Origin: a virus
Length of the DNA stretch: 64,000 nt
Reading direction: 5' to 3' (one strand)
Virus record (IMG/VR): IMGVR_UViG_3300017987_000085
Coordinates: 3,937 to 67,936 of that record
Part shown: piece after piece, positions 46,860-55,457 of the stretch
How positions within the stretch are numbered: the stretch's first letter is position 1
Layout of the letters: each line of letters starts with the position of its first letter
The notes under the pieces: model-generated
Databases searched by the model: none
What the model was told of the DNA's origin: nothing
The model's input: only the letters and a program-made list of their open reading frames with translations
Program-made: the position numbers and the translations under genes

Positions 46860-47353
46860 TAGGACACCTCCTTCAATGCTGCCTGCAGCGCTTCGCGAAA
46901 CCCGAACCAATCAACCGGCTCGCGAGGCGTATCCCAATTTGGATCCTCGTCCGGTCCCGCGACGAAATGCTGAGGCCACTCCTCGATGGAGCCGTCAGTG
47001 CCGAGCCTGATGCTCTCCAGATTCGCGCAGTGTTCTGCGACCATTTCGCCCAACGTGCCGCATGGGGAACCGTCGCATCCTGTAACCTCCAACCTATCCC
47101 ATGTTAGGGCGTCGTCAGTCCCAACATAGGATCCGCCGTGACTGTCAACGATGTAGTAGACGTGATCGGGCTCAATGTGGATCAAGCCTCGGATATCCTC
47201 AACGCCCTCCGGTAGCTCATCGACACCCAGTTCGTAAATCTCGTCATACTCCCACACGTCGGAGACATCATCATAAATCTCGTCTCCACGCACCGCATCC
47301 CATTCGCCGAAGCCGCGTTCGCCTCGCCCGCTCAGATACACTGGTCGGATCAT
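46859..47353 (-). CDS. Highly acidic hypothetical protein
   Basis: RBS AGGAGG; DEIYDDVSDVWEYDEIYELGVDELPEGVED. Confidence 0.65.
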   Translation of the reverse strand: MIRPVYLSGRGERGFGEWDAVRGDEIYDDVSDVWEYDEIYELGVDELPEGVEDIRGLIHIEPDHVYYIVDSHGGSYVGTDDALTWDRLEVTGCDGSPCGTLGEMVAEHCANLESIRLGTDGSIEEWPQHFVAGPDEDPNWDTPREPVDWFGFREALQAALKEVS

Positions 47354-47646
47354 TTGGCTGCCTCCTTGCTGTGTGTGTACGCCAGAGCCCACTGCTCGAC
47401 ATCGGCAGGGTCCAATTCGATCGGGCCATAAAATGCCCCCATGCAGGGTTCCGTTTTGGCTACATACTGCTTATGGTATGCCACGATCGCGTGTGCGAGA
47501 ACCTGATTTTTGCAGGCTTCCTCTGCCGTAATTCGGCAATCAATATAGTCGTCCTTGCTCATTGGCTGGACGGCTTGAGTCAAAGCTACGTCGAATACGT
47601 CTCCTGTTCGGGTAGCACTGGCAAGCTGGTATTCTTGGGTCTGCAT
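47350..47646 (-). CDS. Hypothetical protein, first gene of the leftward operon
   Basis: RBS AAGGAGG downstream of a strong promoter. Confidence 0.65.
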   Translation of the reverse strand: MQTQEYQLASATRTGDVFDVALTQAVQPMSKDDYIDCRITAEEACKNQVLAHAIVAYHKQYVAKTEPCMGAFYGPIELDPADVEQWALAYTHSKEAAK

Positions 47647-47676
47647 CGTTTGCCTCCTTGTGGCTATCTGATATCG

Positions 47677-47705
47677 TATACTACACTACTAGTATCGTAT
47701 TGTCA
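47677..47705 (-). promoter_or_regulatory. Leftward sigma70 promoter with ATACGATA direct repeats
   Basis: Minus strand TTGACA-17-TAGTAT; atacgata right after the -35 and overlapping the -10. Confidence 0.7.
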
Positions 47706-47732
47706 AGAAGGGCGAGAGGAGACATCCGTCAC

Positions 47733-47803
47733 GTTTTCGAGTGATCGGATATTCTGACATTCTGGCTTTCTAACGTTGTTCTGTTCCGCCTTTTCGCTAT
47801 ACT
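47733..47803 (+). promoter_or_regulatory. parC-like 8-bp iterons overlapping the parA promoter
   Basis: gttttcga gtgatcgg atattctg acattctg gctttcta acgttgtt ctgttccg; TATACT at 47798. Confidence 0.55.
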
Positions 47804-47810
47804 GCTGTCC

Positions 47811-48596
47811 ATGGGCATGCAGGTCATTGCGGTGGCGAATCAGAAAGGCGGGGTGGCAAAGACGACAACCGTTGCATCGTTGGCGGCAGCCTGGGCGGCG
47901 ATGGGTCACCGTGTGCTGGCGATCGATCTGGATCCTCAGACTTCACTTACGGCAGCCACGCTTGGGGAAAGCTACGCAACGGGCCGCGAAGCCACACCAA
48001 CGGCCTTCGATGCCCTCCAGGGCACAGAGTCGCTTCAATCGTGCCTGTGTGCTGCCTCAGAGGGGTTCTCCGTCACTATCGGGTCTTACAATCTGGTCGG
48101 CGCAGAGAAACTCTTCGGGGAGGATCACCCCGAGATGCGTCTCCGTGACGTGCTCGACCCGGTCCAGAGTGAATTCGATCTCGTGTTGATTGATTGCCCG
48201 CCAGGCCTCGGGATCCTAATGCTCAACGCCCTCACGGCAGCCAATCATGTGCTGATCCCCGTGGCGCCGCGCTACTTCGACATGCGCGGTCTGGCTTTCC
48301 TCCTTGACACGATTGACCGTGTGCGAGAGGCGTTCAACCCAGAGCTCGCGATCCTTGGGATCCTTCCGACCATCGTTCGCCGGCGATCGCGGCACAAGCG
48401 TCAGGTGATCGGCATCCTCCAAGATAGGTTCGGTGACTTACTCCTCGATCCCTCGATCCCAGAAACGGTCCGCTTCTGGGAAGCGCCAAGTTCACTCTCC
48501 TCAATCCTCACGTACGAACCCGACTCACTCGGCGCCCGGGCGTATCGCCAGGTAGCTAAGGAGGTGCTCGAGCGTGTCTCAGTCGTCACGAGATGA
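47811..48596 (+). CDS. parA: ParA/Soj family partition ATPase
   Basis: IAVANQKGGVAKTTT, IDLDPQ, VLIDCPPGLG, NALTAA. Confidence 0.95.
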   Translation: MGMQVIAVANQKGGVAKTTTVASLAAAWAAMGHRVLAIDLDPQTSLTAATLGESYATGREATPTAFDALQGTESLQSCLCAASEGFSVTIGSYNLVGAEKLFGEDHPEMRLRDVLDPVQSEFDLVLIDCPPGLGILMLNALTAANHVLIPVAPRYFDMRGLAFLLDTIDRVREAFNPELAILGILPTIVRRRSRHKRQVIGILQDRFGDLLLDPSIPETVRFWEAPSSLSSILTYEPDSLGARAYRQVAKEVLERVSVVTR

Positions 48597-48600
48597 CACC

Positions 48601-48927
48601 GTGAATCGTAAGGGCGTCGACGTCCTGTTTGGTACTCGACAAGACGGAATATCTGAATCCCGATCTGTTCGAAAAGCTGAACCCCCCTCTACCCGAAAAA
48701 CAGAATCTCCGAATGTGCGAAAAGCTGAAAAGGAGAAAGACGCCTTCTACCTACTCAGCTCGACGATCGACACGATCGAGACACTCCGGCAAGCACTTCG
48801 CCGTGAGCATGGTCTATCTCGTCGTGCAGCCTCCAAGTCTTCCGTCGTCGACGCGGCAATCCATCTGATTGCCAACCAATCTGCCGCACTGGCTGCCTGG
48901 CTCAAAGATCATTCCACGGCTGATTGA
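48601..48927 (+). CDS. Small partition adaptor (ParG/RHH-like centromere-binding protein)
   Basis: After parA; RKGVDVLFG activator-like N-terminus; KDAFYLLSSTIDTIE...KSSVVDAAI. Confidence 0.7.
   Translation: MNRKGVDVLFGTRQDGISESRSVRKAEPPSTRKTESPNVRKAEKEKDAFYLLSSTIDTIETLRQALRREHGLSRRAASKSSVVDAAIHLIANQSAALAAWLKDHSTAD
48645..48740 (+). repeat. 12 x 8-bp periodic array (NNGAANNN) inside the adaptor gene
   Basis: cggaatat ctgaatcc cgatctgt tcgaaaag ctgaaccc ccctctac ccgaaaaa cagaatct ccgaatgt gcgaaaag ctgaaaag gagaaaga. Confidence 0.7.
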
Positions 48928-48967
48928 CTGGCTGTTCCTACTGTCCTATACTCCATGAGCTTCGAAA

Positions 48968-49528
48968 GTGAGCCTGGGCATGGTGGCGGACAAACTGAAG
49001 GATCTCATCAACGACGACGACCAGCTCCGTATGTCGTATTGGGAACTACAGAAACGTGTCAAGCTCATCACGACTGATCCTCGATTCGATACCCTTGCTC
49101 CTCGTTGGTTCGATCGCAGCGGAGCACACGGCGCATGGCAAGTCTACGCCGCCGGCCGCACGATCCTGCTCCGATTGCAGGAGATTGAGAGTGATGGCTG
49201 TTCAATCAATGCGGCACTCCAGCAACTTCTTGCAGAGATCCTCGAGTCTGCTTCCGCGGAAGAGGAGATCCCAGAATCATCTTCCCCGCAGTCCTCCGGC
49301 CCTGCTGCAGTCATGCTACAAGTGGAGCTTGACACGCTCCGGAGCGAACGGGATGACCTGCGCGGGCAACGCGACGATCTTCGCTTCGAACGCGATCGTC
49401 TCCTTGGGGTTATCGAATCGATGACGTTGGCGCTTCCGCGACCAAAGGATGTTTCTTCGATCGACGCAGAATCCGAGCCCACAAGACCCAAGCGCCGTCT
49501 GTTTGATCGTCTCCTCCACCGTGACTAG
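48968..49528 (+). CDS. Plasmid-type DNA-binding/coiled-coil protein
   Basis: ERDDLRGQRDDLRFERDRL...LALP...KRRLFDRLL C-terminus. Confidence 0.6.
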   Translation: MSLGMVADKLKDLINDDDQLRMSYWELQKRVKLITTDPRFDTLAPRWFDRSGAHGAWQVYAAGRTILLRLQEIESDGCSINAALQQLLAEILESASAEEEIPESSSPQSSGPAAVMLQVELDTLRSERDDLRGQRDDLRFERDRLLGVIESMTLALPRPKDVSSIDAESEPTRPKRRLFDRLLHRD

Positions 49529-49582
49529 CATGCAGTAGTCCTCCCGAGCTATACTCACTTCCCGGAAACTAGGAGGTGGGTC

Positions 49583-49876
49583 ATGAACGACAAGGACATG
49601 GTACGGCAAGCATCGACCCCTACAGAAGCTAGTGGGTTCAGCGTTGGCTCTTTCTTCACCGCCATTGCATCCCTCTTGGTCTTGTTTTCCCAGCCTACGC
49701 TGGGTCTCGTGCTGGCTGTTTTGGCAATCACTCTCGCAGCCTTTGGTCTACGCCATCCCAACGGTAGATGGATGGCGGGAGTTGGATTGTCTCTGGGCTT
49801 GGTACATGTCGTGTTGTGGGTCTTTTTTGTAGGCGGGTTGATGCTGACAATGATCAATTGGGAGACTCTAGGCTGA
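49583..49876 (+). CDS. Small membrane protein (DUF4190-like)
   Basis: RBS AGGAGG; hydrophobic helices; NGRWMAGVGLSLG. Confidence 0.7.
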   Translation: MNDKDMVRQASTPTEASGFSVGSFFTAIASLLVLFSQPTLGLVLAVLAITLAAFGLRHPNGRWMAGVGLSLGLVHVVLWVFFVGGLMLTMINWETLG

Positions 49877-49919
49877 AGTCGCCATATCTACACTTCTTGT
49901 CTAGGCTTTGGCGCCATTG

Positions 49920-49954
49920 TTGACATTTGGTCGTCTACATGTATACTGGTAGAC
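49920..49954 (+). promoter_or_regulatory. sigma70 promoter with 22-bp imperfect palindrome
   Basis: TTGACA-16-TATACT; GTCTAC-at-GTATAC-tg-GTAGAC. Confidence 0.7.
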
Positions 49955-50167
49955 ATGCCTCAAGGGGAGAATGGAACGAATGAGCAACAGGCGAGGAGCA
50001 CCACTATCCGTGTATCGCGCGATGTCCACGATGTGCTTTGGGACTTCGCGCGTTCTCGCAGGCTTCCACTGAAAGCGGTTGCGGAGACGGCAATCCTCAC
50101 GTACGTAGAGTCTAATGAATCCTCTGTAGTACTTTCCAAGCAATCATCGCCCTGTTCGGGGAGATGA
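49955..50167 (+). CDS. Ribbon-helix-helix regulator
   Basis: STTIRVSRDVHDVLWDFARSRRLPLKAVAETAI. Confidence 0.7.
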   Translation: MPQGENGTNEQQARSTTIRVSRDVHDVLWDFARSRRLPLKAVAETAILTYVESNESSVVLSKQSSPCSGR

Positions 50168-50213
50168 GGGGGCAAAGGAAGACTGCAGATGGCCAAGCAA
50201 GGAAGGAGAGTCT

Positions 50214-51260
50214 ATGGGCGAGCAAGATCGAATACCCCCCTCAGTAGTGACACCAGAGGCACAGGACATGGCGCAACGACACGGGGCCCCGCCGGAGGAA
50301 CCATCCCGAGAACCCTCTGCTGAGGTTATGCGAGAGGAGAATCAGGCGGATGAGGAAAGGGTACAGCAACCTGAGGCAGCGCAACCCGGGACTGAACTAG
50401 ACGAGTCAGCCCTTACGCCGACGTCAACAGATGGTGAAGTCGTGCCGGAGCCATCACGGTCGCTACCTGCAAACCAACAGGGACCTACCGGCACTGCGGT
50501 TGCCACGGAGGCACCGCCTCCGCCGAAGGGTACCCAGTTCATCGACGAAGGGGATGTGTGGCTCGCTCGGGTTACTTTCTCCGGCAAGCTAGGCCGTTTC
50601 ATTGATGAACTCACCGGGGAAGAGGAGAAAGAGTTCGCTGTTGTCCCCCTGCTCGTTTCGAAGTCTCGTGTCTACTTCTACGACGCGAGGCGCGATCCGG
50701 ACGAATTCGGCGAGGCGGTAATCCTCTGCAAGAGCTCCAACGCGATGGAGCCAACAGATAGCCATCCAAAGCTCTGGACAGTTCATGGCGTATCACCGGC
50801 GACGGTCTGCATGGATTGTCCTTTCTCGCAATGGGGTCCGAACAAAGAACGCCCGAAGTGTCGGCTAAGCTACAACTTCCTGTGCGTGAAGCCGGGAGAG
50901 ACGGAGCCGTTCCGGATCTCTTTCCACAGCACTTCGACTCGAGCCGTTCGTCAGTTGCTTTCGCAGATCAAGCGATCCCGTCGGCCGATGTTTTCCTATA
51001 TCCAGCGCTTACGCGCCGAAGAGCAAAAAGGCCCAGAGGGTACGTACTACTCGTTGGCTCTCGGGACACCAGAATGGATTCCCGACACCGATCTTGGGCT
51101 GTACGACGATCTCTACGACGAGATCATGCGGTATGGCGATGCAGATGTTATTGATCTGCTAGGTGGGGGGCGCACGATTCAAGCATCAGCAGGCACGTCA
51201 TCCAACGGCAAGTCTTCACCGGCCCCACAACCGCGCAGCACCGAAGAGGTGCCCTTCTAG
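50214..51260 (+). CDS. Putative ssDNA-binding/recombination protein
   Basis: Cys cluster C..CMDCPFSQWG..KCR; acidic tail ending EEVPF; disordered N-terminus. Confidence 0.55.
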   Translation: MGEQDRIPPSVVTPEAQDMAQRHGAPPEEPSREPSAEVMREENQADEERVQQPEAAQPGTELDESALTPTSTDGEVVPEPSRSLPANQQGPTGTAVATEAPPPPKGTQFIDEGDVWLARVTFSGKLGRFIDELTGEEEKEFAVVPLLVSKSRVYFYDARRDPDEFGEAVILCKSSNAMEPTDSHPKLWTVHGVSPATVCMDCPFSQWGPNKERPKCRLSYNFLCVKPGETEPFRISFHSTSTRAVRQLLSQIKRSRRPMFSYIQRLRAEEQKGPEGTYYSLALGTPEWIPDTDLGLYDDLYDEIMRYGDADVIDLLGGGRTIQASAGTSSNGKSSPAPQPRSTEEVPF

Positions 51261-51291
51261 GCGACTATAGGCATCAGGGGAGGAGGAACAG

Positions 51292-51639
51292 ATGGGCAAT
51301 GCAACCTGCTGCAACGAAGCGGTGGTTTCTTTTGGCGATCCAGGGATTGAGCTTGGTCTGTTCAAGGGCACCGTCACAGCGTTACTGCATTCTCGGCGTA
51401 TTGTCGGCCCCGGAGATCGGATTCATGCATCTCAGTTGGGGTTGAACCTAATCGTGGATCATGTCACGCCTATGACTGTAGCTGACGCTTCAAAGCATCA
51501 TTGCTCAATGGGGTTCGCAACGGCAGAAGCCTTTCTCTTGGATTGGCGAGCTCGTCATCCACACCGATCAAGTCTTGAGCGCATTGCCTACCTGATTGCT
51601 TTCCATCGTGCACCATCGATCGAGGAGCTTCCTGCATGA
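51292..51639 (+). CDS. ASCH-like domain protein
   Basis: GTVTALLHSRRIVGPGDRI...GFATAEAFLLDWRARHP...YLIAF. Confidence 0.55.
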   Translation: MGNATCCNEAVVSFGDPGIELGLFKGTVTALLHSRRIVGPGDRIHASQLGLNLIVDHVTPMTVADASKHHCSMGFATAEAFLLDWRARHPHRSSLERIAYLIAFHRAPSIEELPA

Positions 51640-51863
51640 CCATCACCTACAAAGTCTACTATGTCGACCGCGCGCAACAGGAGCACGATCTGGCGCGCTA
51701 CATTGCCAATCGAGAACTCGATCCACATCGTGATGAAGATCGTGAAGAGATCGTGACGTTCATCGAATCGACGATTGGGCAGCGCGAAGCGGAGGCATGG
51801 CTGCACTACGCGCCAGCCTTGGACGACAACGGCCTCGCAGAGACCGGAAGAGAGGAGGACTGA
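51636..51863 (+). CDS. Hypothetical protein
   Basis: ATGA/TGATG coupling. Confidence 0.55.
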   Translation: MTITYKVYYVDRAQQEHDLARYIANRELDPHRDEDREEIVTFIESTIGQREAEAWLHYAPALDDNGLAETGREED

Positions 51864-52213
51864 TGGGCTACCGACGAATCACGACTGAGGTCGACGTCTA
51901 CTCGTGCGAACACTGCGGGTGGGTTGGCCCGGATCCAAACGCAAAGAAGGTTCCGAAGCTAGAAGAAGGCCAGATGGGACGATTGGCGCTAGGATCTCGC
52001 GAGGGGCGAGCATACCTGCGCTATGATTGTCCTCTGTGCAAGGCACCGATTCGGCCGTCTCCACCGGTTGAGCTTCTTCGGGTAGCGTCGGTCGACGAGC
52101 TGCTCAACAGCAACGGATCGTCCTCACGGCGACATGCGCCGCAGGGCTCAGCGAACACCGACCCTGCGCCTGAGCCGGTTAGTAGTCCAGGCGTAGAGGA
52201 CGGCGAGGACTAG
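51863..52213 (+). CDS. Zn-ribbon hypothetical protein
   Basis: CEHCG...CPLC; RBS GAGGAGG. Confidence 0.55.
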   Translation: MGYRRITTEVDVYSCEHCGWVGPDPNAKKVPKLEEGQMGRLALGSREGRAYLRYDCPLCKAPIRPSPPVELLRVASVDELLNSNGSSSRRHAPQGSANTDPAPEPVSSPGVEDGED

Positions 52214-52252
52214 ACTATGGGAGCCGCAAGCCACCTACTCTACACCCGTCGA

Positions 52253-52365
52253 GCAGGGCTCCGATCGAATGGTTTTGCGGCTCTTCTGCAGGGGAAGGAT
52301 TTCAGGCTGAACGGAATCGAACCCCATGTTCAGCTTCCGGAGTTCGATTCTCCGGCTCTGCACCA
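52253..52365 (+). ncRNA. tRNA-like element 3 (113 nt, canonical T-arm and A-CCA end)
   Basis: gcagggc/gctctgc acceptor, cggag-TTCGATT-ctccg T-arm, ACCA; extra stem gctgaac/gttcagc; no clean anticodon arm. Confidence 0.6.
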
Positions 52366-52534
52366 GCGACCCACCGTATTTCAGAACCAAAGGAAGGTGA
52401 TACGAGCTACCAGATCTCGCGAAAAGGCTAGACGTTGCAGCGGTGGGTCGCTTTGCAACGCCTCAGTCAATGGAGCCAGACATCGGCAAAGCAGGCCTCT
52501 TGTTTTGATGCAATTCTGCAACTATACTAAGGCC

Positions 52535-52804
52535 ATGGTTTTTGGAAAGGACTTGCAGAAAGCACGCCAAGCATGTCAGTTGTCCGTCGGTCAAGTTGCT
52601 CGATCGATCGGCAAAGACAGGACGACCATTTGGCGATGGGAGAATGGAGTCACGTCTCCAACGCTGGATGATTTATCCGCATTGCTGAAGGCGTTCCCTG
52701 CCATCGCGTTTACTCCATTGCGAATCACACGAGGACTACACATCTGCTCGCTTGAGACATGTCCGGGGTATGTTCCCGACCAACGCGCACATGAGTTGAA
52801 CTAG
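52535..52804 (+). CDS. Cro/XRE HTH regulator (probably leaderless)
   Basis: FGKDLQKARQACQLSVGQVARSIGKDRTTIWRWENGVTSP; TATACT 6 nt upstream. Confidence 0.85.
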   Translation: MVFGKDLQKARQACQLSVGQVARSIGKDRTTIWRWENGVTSPTLDDLSALLKAFPAIAFTPLRITRGLHICSLETCPGYVPDQRAHELN

Positions 52805-52812
52805 GGGAGCAA

Positions 52813-53163
52813 TTGGAGAACATCAGATTGGAAGTGCCCGTCCTAGCACCCAAGGCACAGCAGGCAATTTCGGATTTGGCTAATGCGTGCAACTGCCAAC
52901 CAGAGCTGGTGGAGCACTGGCTCCGCCCGCTGCTTACAGGCCTGACGCTAGATGACGTTGCGTTCATGGCTGCAGTCAATACATCGTTCCAAGGCAAGGT
53001 CTCAATCACACTCAACGGCGTGGGCCACATCGAGCACTTTGGCACAACCATTGATGGCCCCCGAGTCTTGGCTCTGATGGGGTGGCAGGACTGTGTACCT
53101 CAAAGCACTGGAGAGAAAGCTCGCTGCATCCGCCTTGTTGGAAAGCGAGCACAACTACTGTAG
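52813..53163 (+). CDS. Hypothetical protein
   Basis: RBS GGGGAG, TTG start. Confidence 0.5.
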   Translation: MENIRLEVPVLAPKAQQAISDLANACNCQPELVEHWLRPLLTGLTLDDVAFMAAVNTSFQGKVSITLNGVGHIEHFGTTIDGPRVLALMGWQDCVPQSTGEKARCIRLVGKRAQLL

Positions 53164-53177
53164 AATGCGTTGATTCT

Positions 53178-53233
53178 GAGGGTCACGAAACTCGTCTCTC
53201 ACCGAGAGGGTCACGAAACTCGTCTCTCACCGA
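53178..53233 (+). repeat. Perfect 28-bp tandem duplication
   Basis: gagggtcacgaaactcgtctctcaccga x2. Confidence 0.9.
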
Positions 53234-53271
53234 GCAACAACGGTGAGGGCGTTTTGCTTGAAGGAGGAACA

Positions 53272-53832
53272 ATGAGAAACGTCATAGTGGCAATTCTACT
53301 GGTTGGATTGATCAGTTGCATGGCTGTGGCTACCATCCCTGGCTGGAATCGATCTGAGCTCATACAGTTTATCCGTGATGAGATGACCCCACTCGAACAC
53401 CTTCTTAAGCCAGGCGATGTCTTTGACTATGATCACCTGATCTTTGGCTCGTGCTATCTGAACGATACCTGGGAAGAAGTCGTCTGCGTGCCATTGACCA
53501 ATGAATCCACGTCCTACAAGGAAGCCATCGCACTGGGAGATCAGTACCTGTGGTCAGAGGTGGCCCCACTCATGCTGTACGGGTTCTACGTTCTGCCCCC
53601 AGTGGAAGCATTCCACAGCTTTGAAGCGAACACGCCATATCTTGCACGCGCAAGTGGTTGGGGAGAGGCAGAGTATGTGGACCAGAACGGCGCGTTTGTG
53701 CGAACACTACAAATCACGTGGGCTCGCCCGACAGGCTCGTACGCCTACGTCACCATGATGCCTCACGGCGGCATGTCCAATATCGTGTTCCACATGACAA
53801 CGAGCGGATGCGCAACGACGAACCAGAATTAG
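53272..53832 (+). CDS. Secreted hypothetical protein (moron-like)
   Basis: RBS AAGGAGG; signal peptide MRNVIVAILLVGLISCMAVA; downstream hairpin gaccgggtg/cacccggtc. Confidence 0.7.
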   Translation: MRNVIVAILLVGLISCMAVATIPGWNRSELIQFIRDEMTPLEHLLKPGDVFDYDHLIFGSCYLNDTWEEVVCVPLTNESTSYKEAIALGDQYLWSEVAPLMLYGFYVLPPVEAFHSFEANTPYLARASGWGEAEYVDQNGAFVRTLQITWARPTGSYAYVTMMPHGGMSNIVFHMTTSGCATTNQN

Positions 53833-54251
53833 CCCCAGCAAAGCTGGGGAGACCGGGTGCTGCCAACACCCGGTCGGAACAAATGAGCACAGTGACTCGA
53901 AAGTCACCATACCGGCACGGGCAGTATACCGACATGCTCTGCGGGCGACAAGAGACCAACACTTGACGCCCGCGGGGTGTGTCGAGTAGAGTGTGATATC
54001 CGTCACACTGGACGGTACGCAACAGGGGAAAAGGAACAATATGGGCATGCGGCATTCTTTGCTAGGGATGACAGCAGGTTGGCACCTGCATGAAGACAAA
54101 GACTCCCTGGCAGAGGGAGAAGTTGGGGAAGGTTCTCTCGGGCAGCAACTGAGAGGCCCGGTTGCTTTGAGAGTGTCAGCTCGGTTGGCGACCGAGGAGA
54201 CGTGTCCATGATAGGTCACGTCCCGGGCAATGTCAAGTAGAGGAGGTCCGG

Positions 54252-55457
54252 GTGGGTGAGTACGAGGGCGCGCGCGTCACAGATGGTCGTATGCCTCCTT
54301 TTGCATGGCAGGAGAAAGAAGCCTTGCGTCTAATGCGGGATTTCCTGGCAGGAAAAGCGCTAGCTGCCACACGACTGCTCTACGATGTCCTCACAGAGAT
54401 CGTCAGTGATCATAAGTGGAACGATACCGTCAACACCACCCAGCTTCCCGGCGGAGCAAAAACCATTCTTAGCTACTCCGGTCTTACGCACGAAGCGTAC
54501 CGAGCCGGCCGCAACGGCCTACGGATCCTTCGCCTTGTCGAGGTTACTGAGAACCGCAATGATCAAGGACACCGCACAGGACACACCATTCGTCTCCTAC
54601 GTTGCCCGATGCGACCAGAGAAGACAAAGGGCGTCAAAACCCAGTCCCTAAAGGAGCTTTCCCTAATGTTTGATTTCCTAATTGGGGAATCCCTAATTGA
54701 GCCTTCCCCAATTGCGGAAGTCCCAATTGGGGTTTCGGACATTCAAGTAGTAGAAGAAGTTGGGGTTGTAGAAGAATCTCAACCTGTAGAAGAAGTACTT
54801 CTTTCCTCGGGCGGGAGCCCGAGGCCTAAGCGCGAACCCGCCAAACGAATGAAGAAAGAAGACCTCAATCGCCTCACCGAACACTACGCAGCCATTCGCG
54901 GAGCTCGACCGCAGGGTAACGCGTGGAAACCGATTCAGCAGGGGTTCCGGCAAATGGTGGCTGTTGAGGGCTACACGGTTGAGCAGGTCATCGGCTGCAT
55001 GGACCGGATCGTCAAACTGGGCTGGACGTGGACGATCAACACGGTGCGCACCTGGATTGCGGATTTCGCCGCTGGAACGATGCCGACAAAGGGTCTCGAG
55101 GCACACCACGAACCATCGCAACTGCAGCCGGGCACCAGCCGCGGGCACGATTACTACCTCGGCACGGGAGGGTGCCGTCTATCGCCGCCGGGTCCCCCGC
55201 CGACACGGGACGAAGCGGCCGGAGTGATCTGGGATCAGGCAATGGAGGCAGCTCGAGATGAGCTATCGTTCTCCGAGTACGAGACGTGGTTCAACGAGGT
55301 GACACCGGTTGGCGTGGAGAACGGGCACCTACGGGTAGCGGTGCCGGATCCGTTTACGAAGGGTGGTATCGAGCGACGATATCGGGGACTGGTCGAAGAG
55401 CTTGTCACGAAGGTTCGTGGTGAGCCGACAGAGCTGATAATCGAGGTGGCGGAATGA
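54252..55457 (+). CDS. Replication initiator with C-terminal DnaA N-terminal-like domain
   Basis: N-terminal wHTH-like region, internal iterons, IWDQAMEAARDELSFSEYETWF...LRVAVPDPFTKGGIERRY. Confidence 0.8.
   Translation: MGEYEGARVTDGRMPPFAWQEKEALRLMRDFLAGKALAATRLLYDVLTEIVSDHKWNDTVNTTQLPGGAKTILSYSGLTHEAYRAGRNGLRILRLVEVTENRNDQGHRTGHTIRLLRCPMRPEKTKGVKTQSLKELSLMFDFLIGESLIEPSPIAEVPIGVSDIQVVEEVGVVEESQPVEEVLLSSGGSPRPKREPAKRMKKEDLNRLTEHYAAIRGARPQGNAWKPIQQGFRQMVAVEGYTVEQVIGCMDRIVKLGWTWTINTVRTWIADFAAGTMPTKGLEAHHEPSQLQPGTSRGHDYYLGTGGCRLSPPGPPPTRDEAAGVIWDQAMEAARDELSFSEYETWFNEVTPVGVENGHLRVAVPDPFTKGGIERRYRGLVEELVTKVRGEPTELIIEVAE
54646..54794 (+). repeat. Putative replication origin: 6 x 15-bp iterons plus 3 x GTAGAAGAA at 18-bp period
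   Basis: ccctaaaggagcttt ccctaatgtttgatt tcctaattggggaat ccctaattgagcctt ccccaattgcggaag tcccaattggggttt. Confidence 0.7.

Noticed and set aside
52217-52534. N-terminal 106 aa of the 195-aa ORF in the track
   Set aside because: Overlaps the tRNA-like element and promoter; the HTH protein more plausibly starts at 52535
53178-53233. Possible CRISPR array or hammerhead ribozyme (28-bp repeat containing CGAAAC)
   Set aside because: Only two abutting copies with no spacer and no cas genes; no CUGAnGA core
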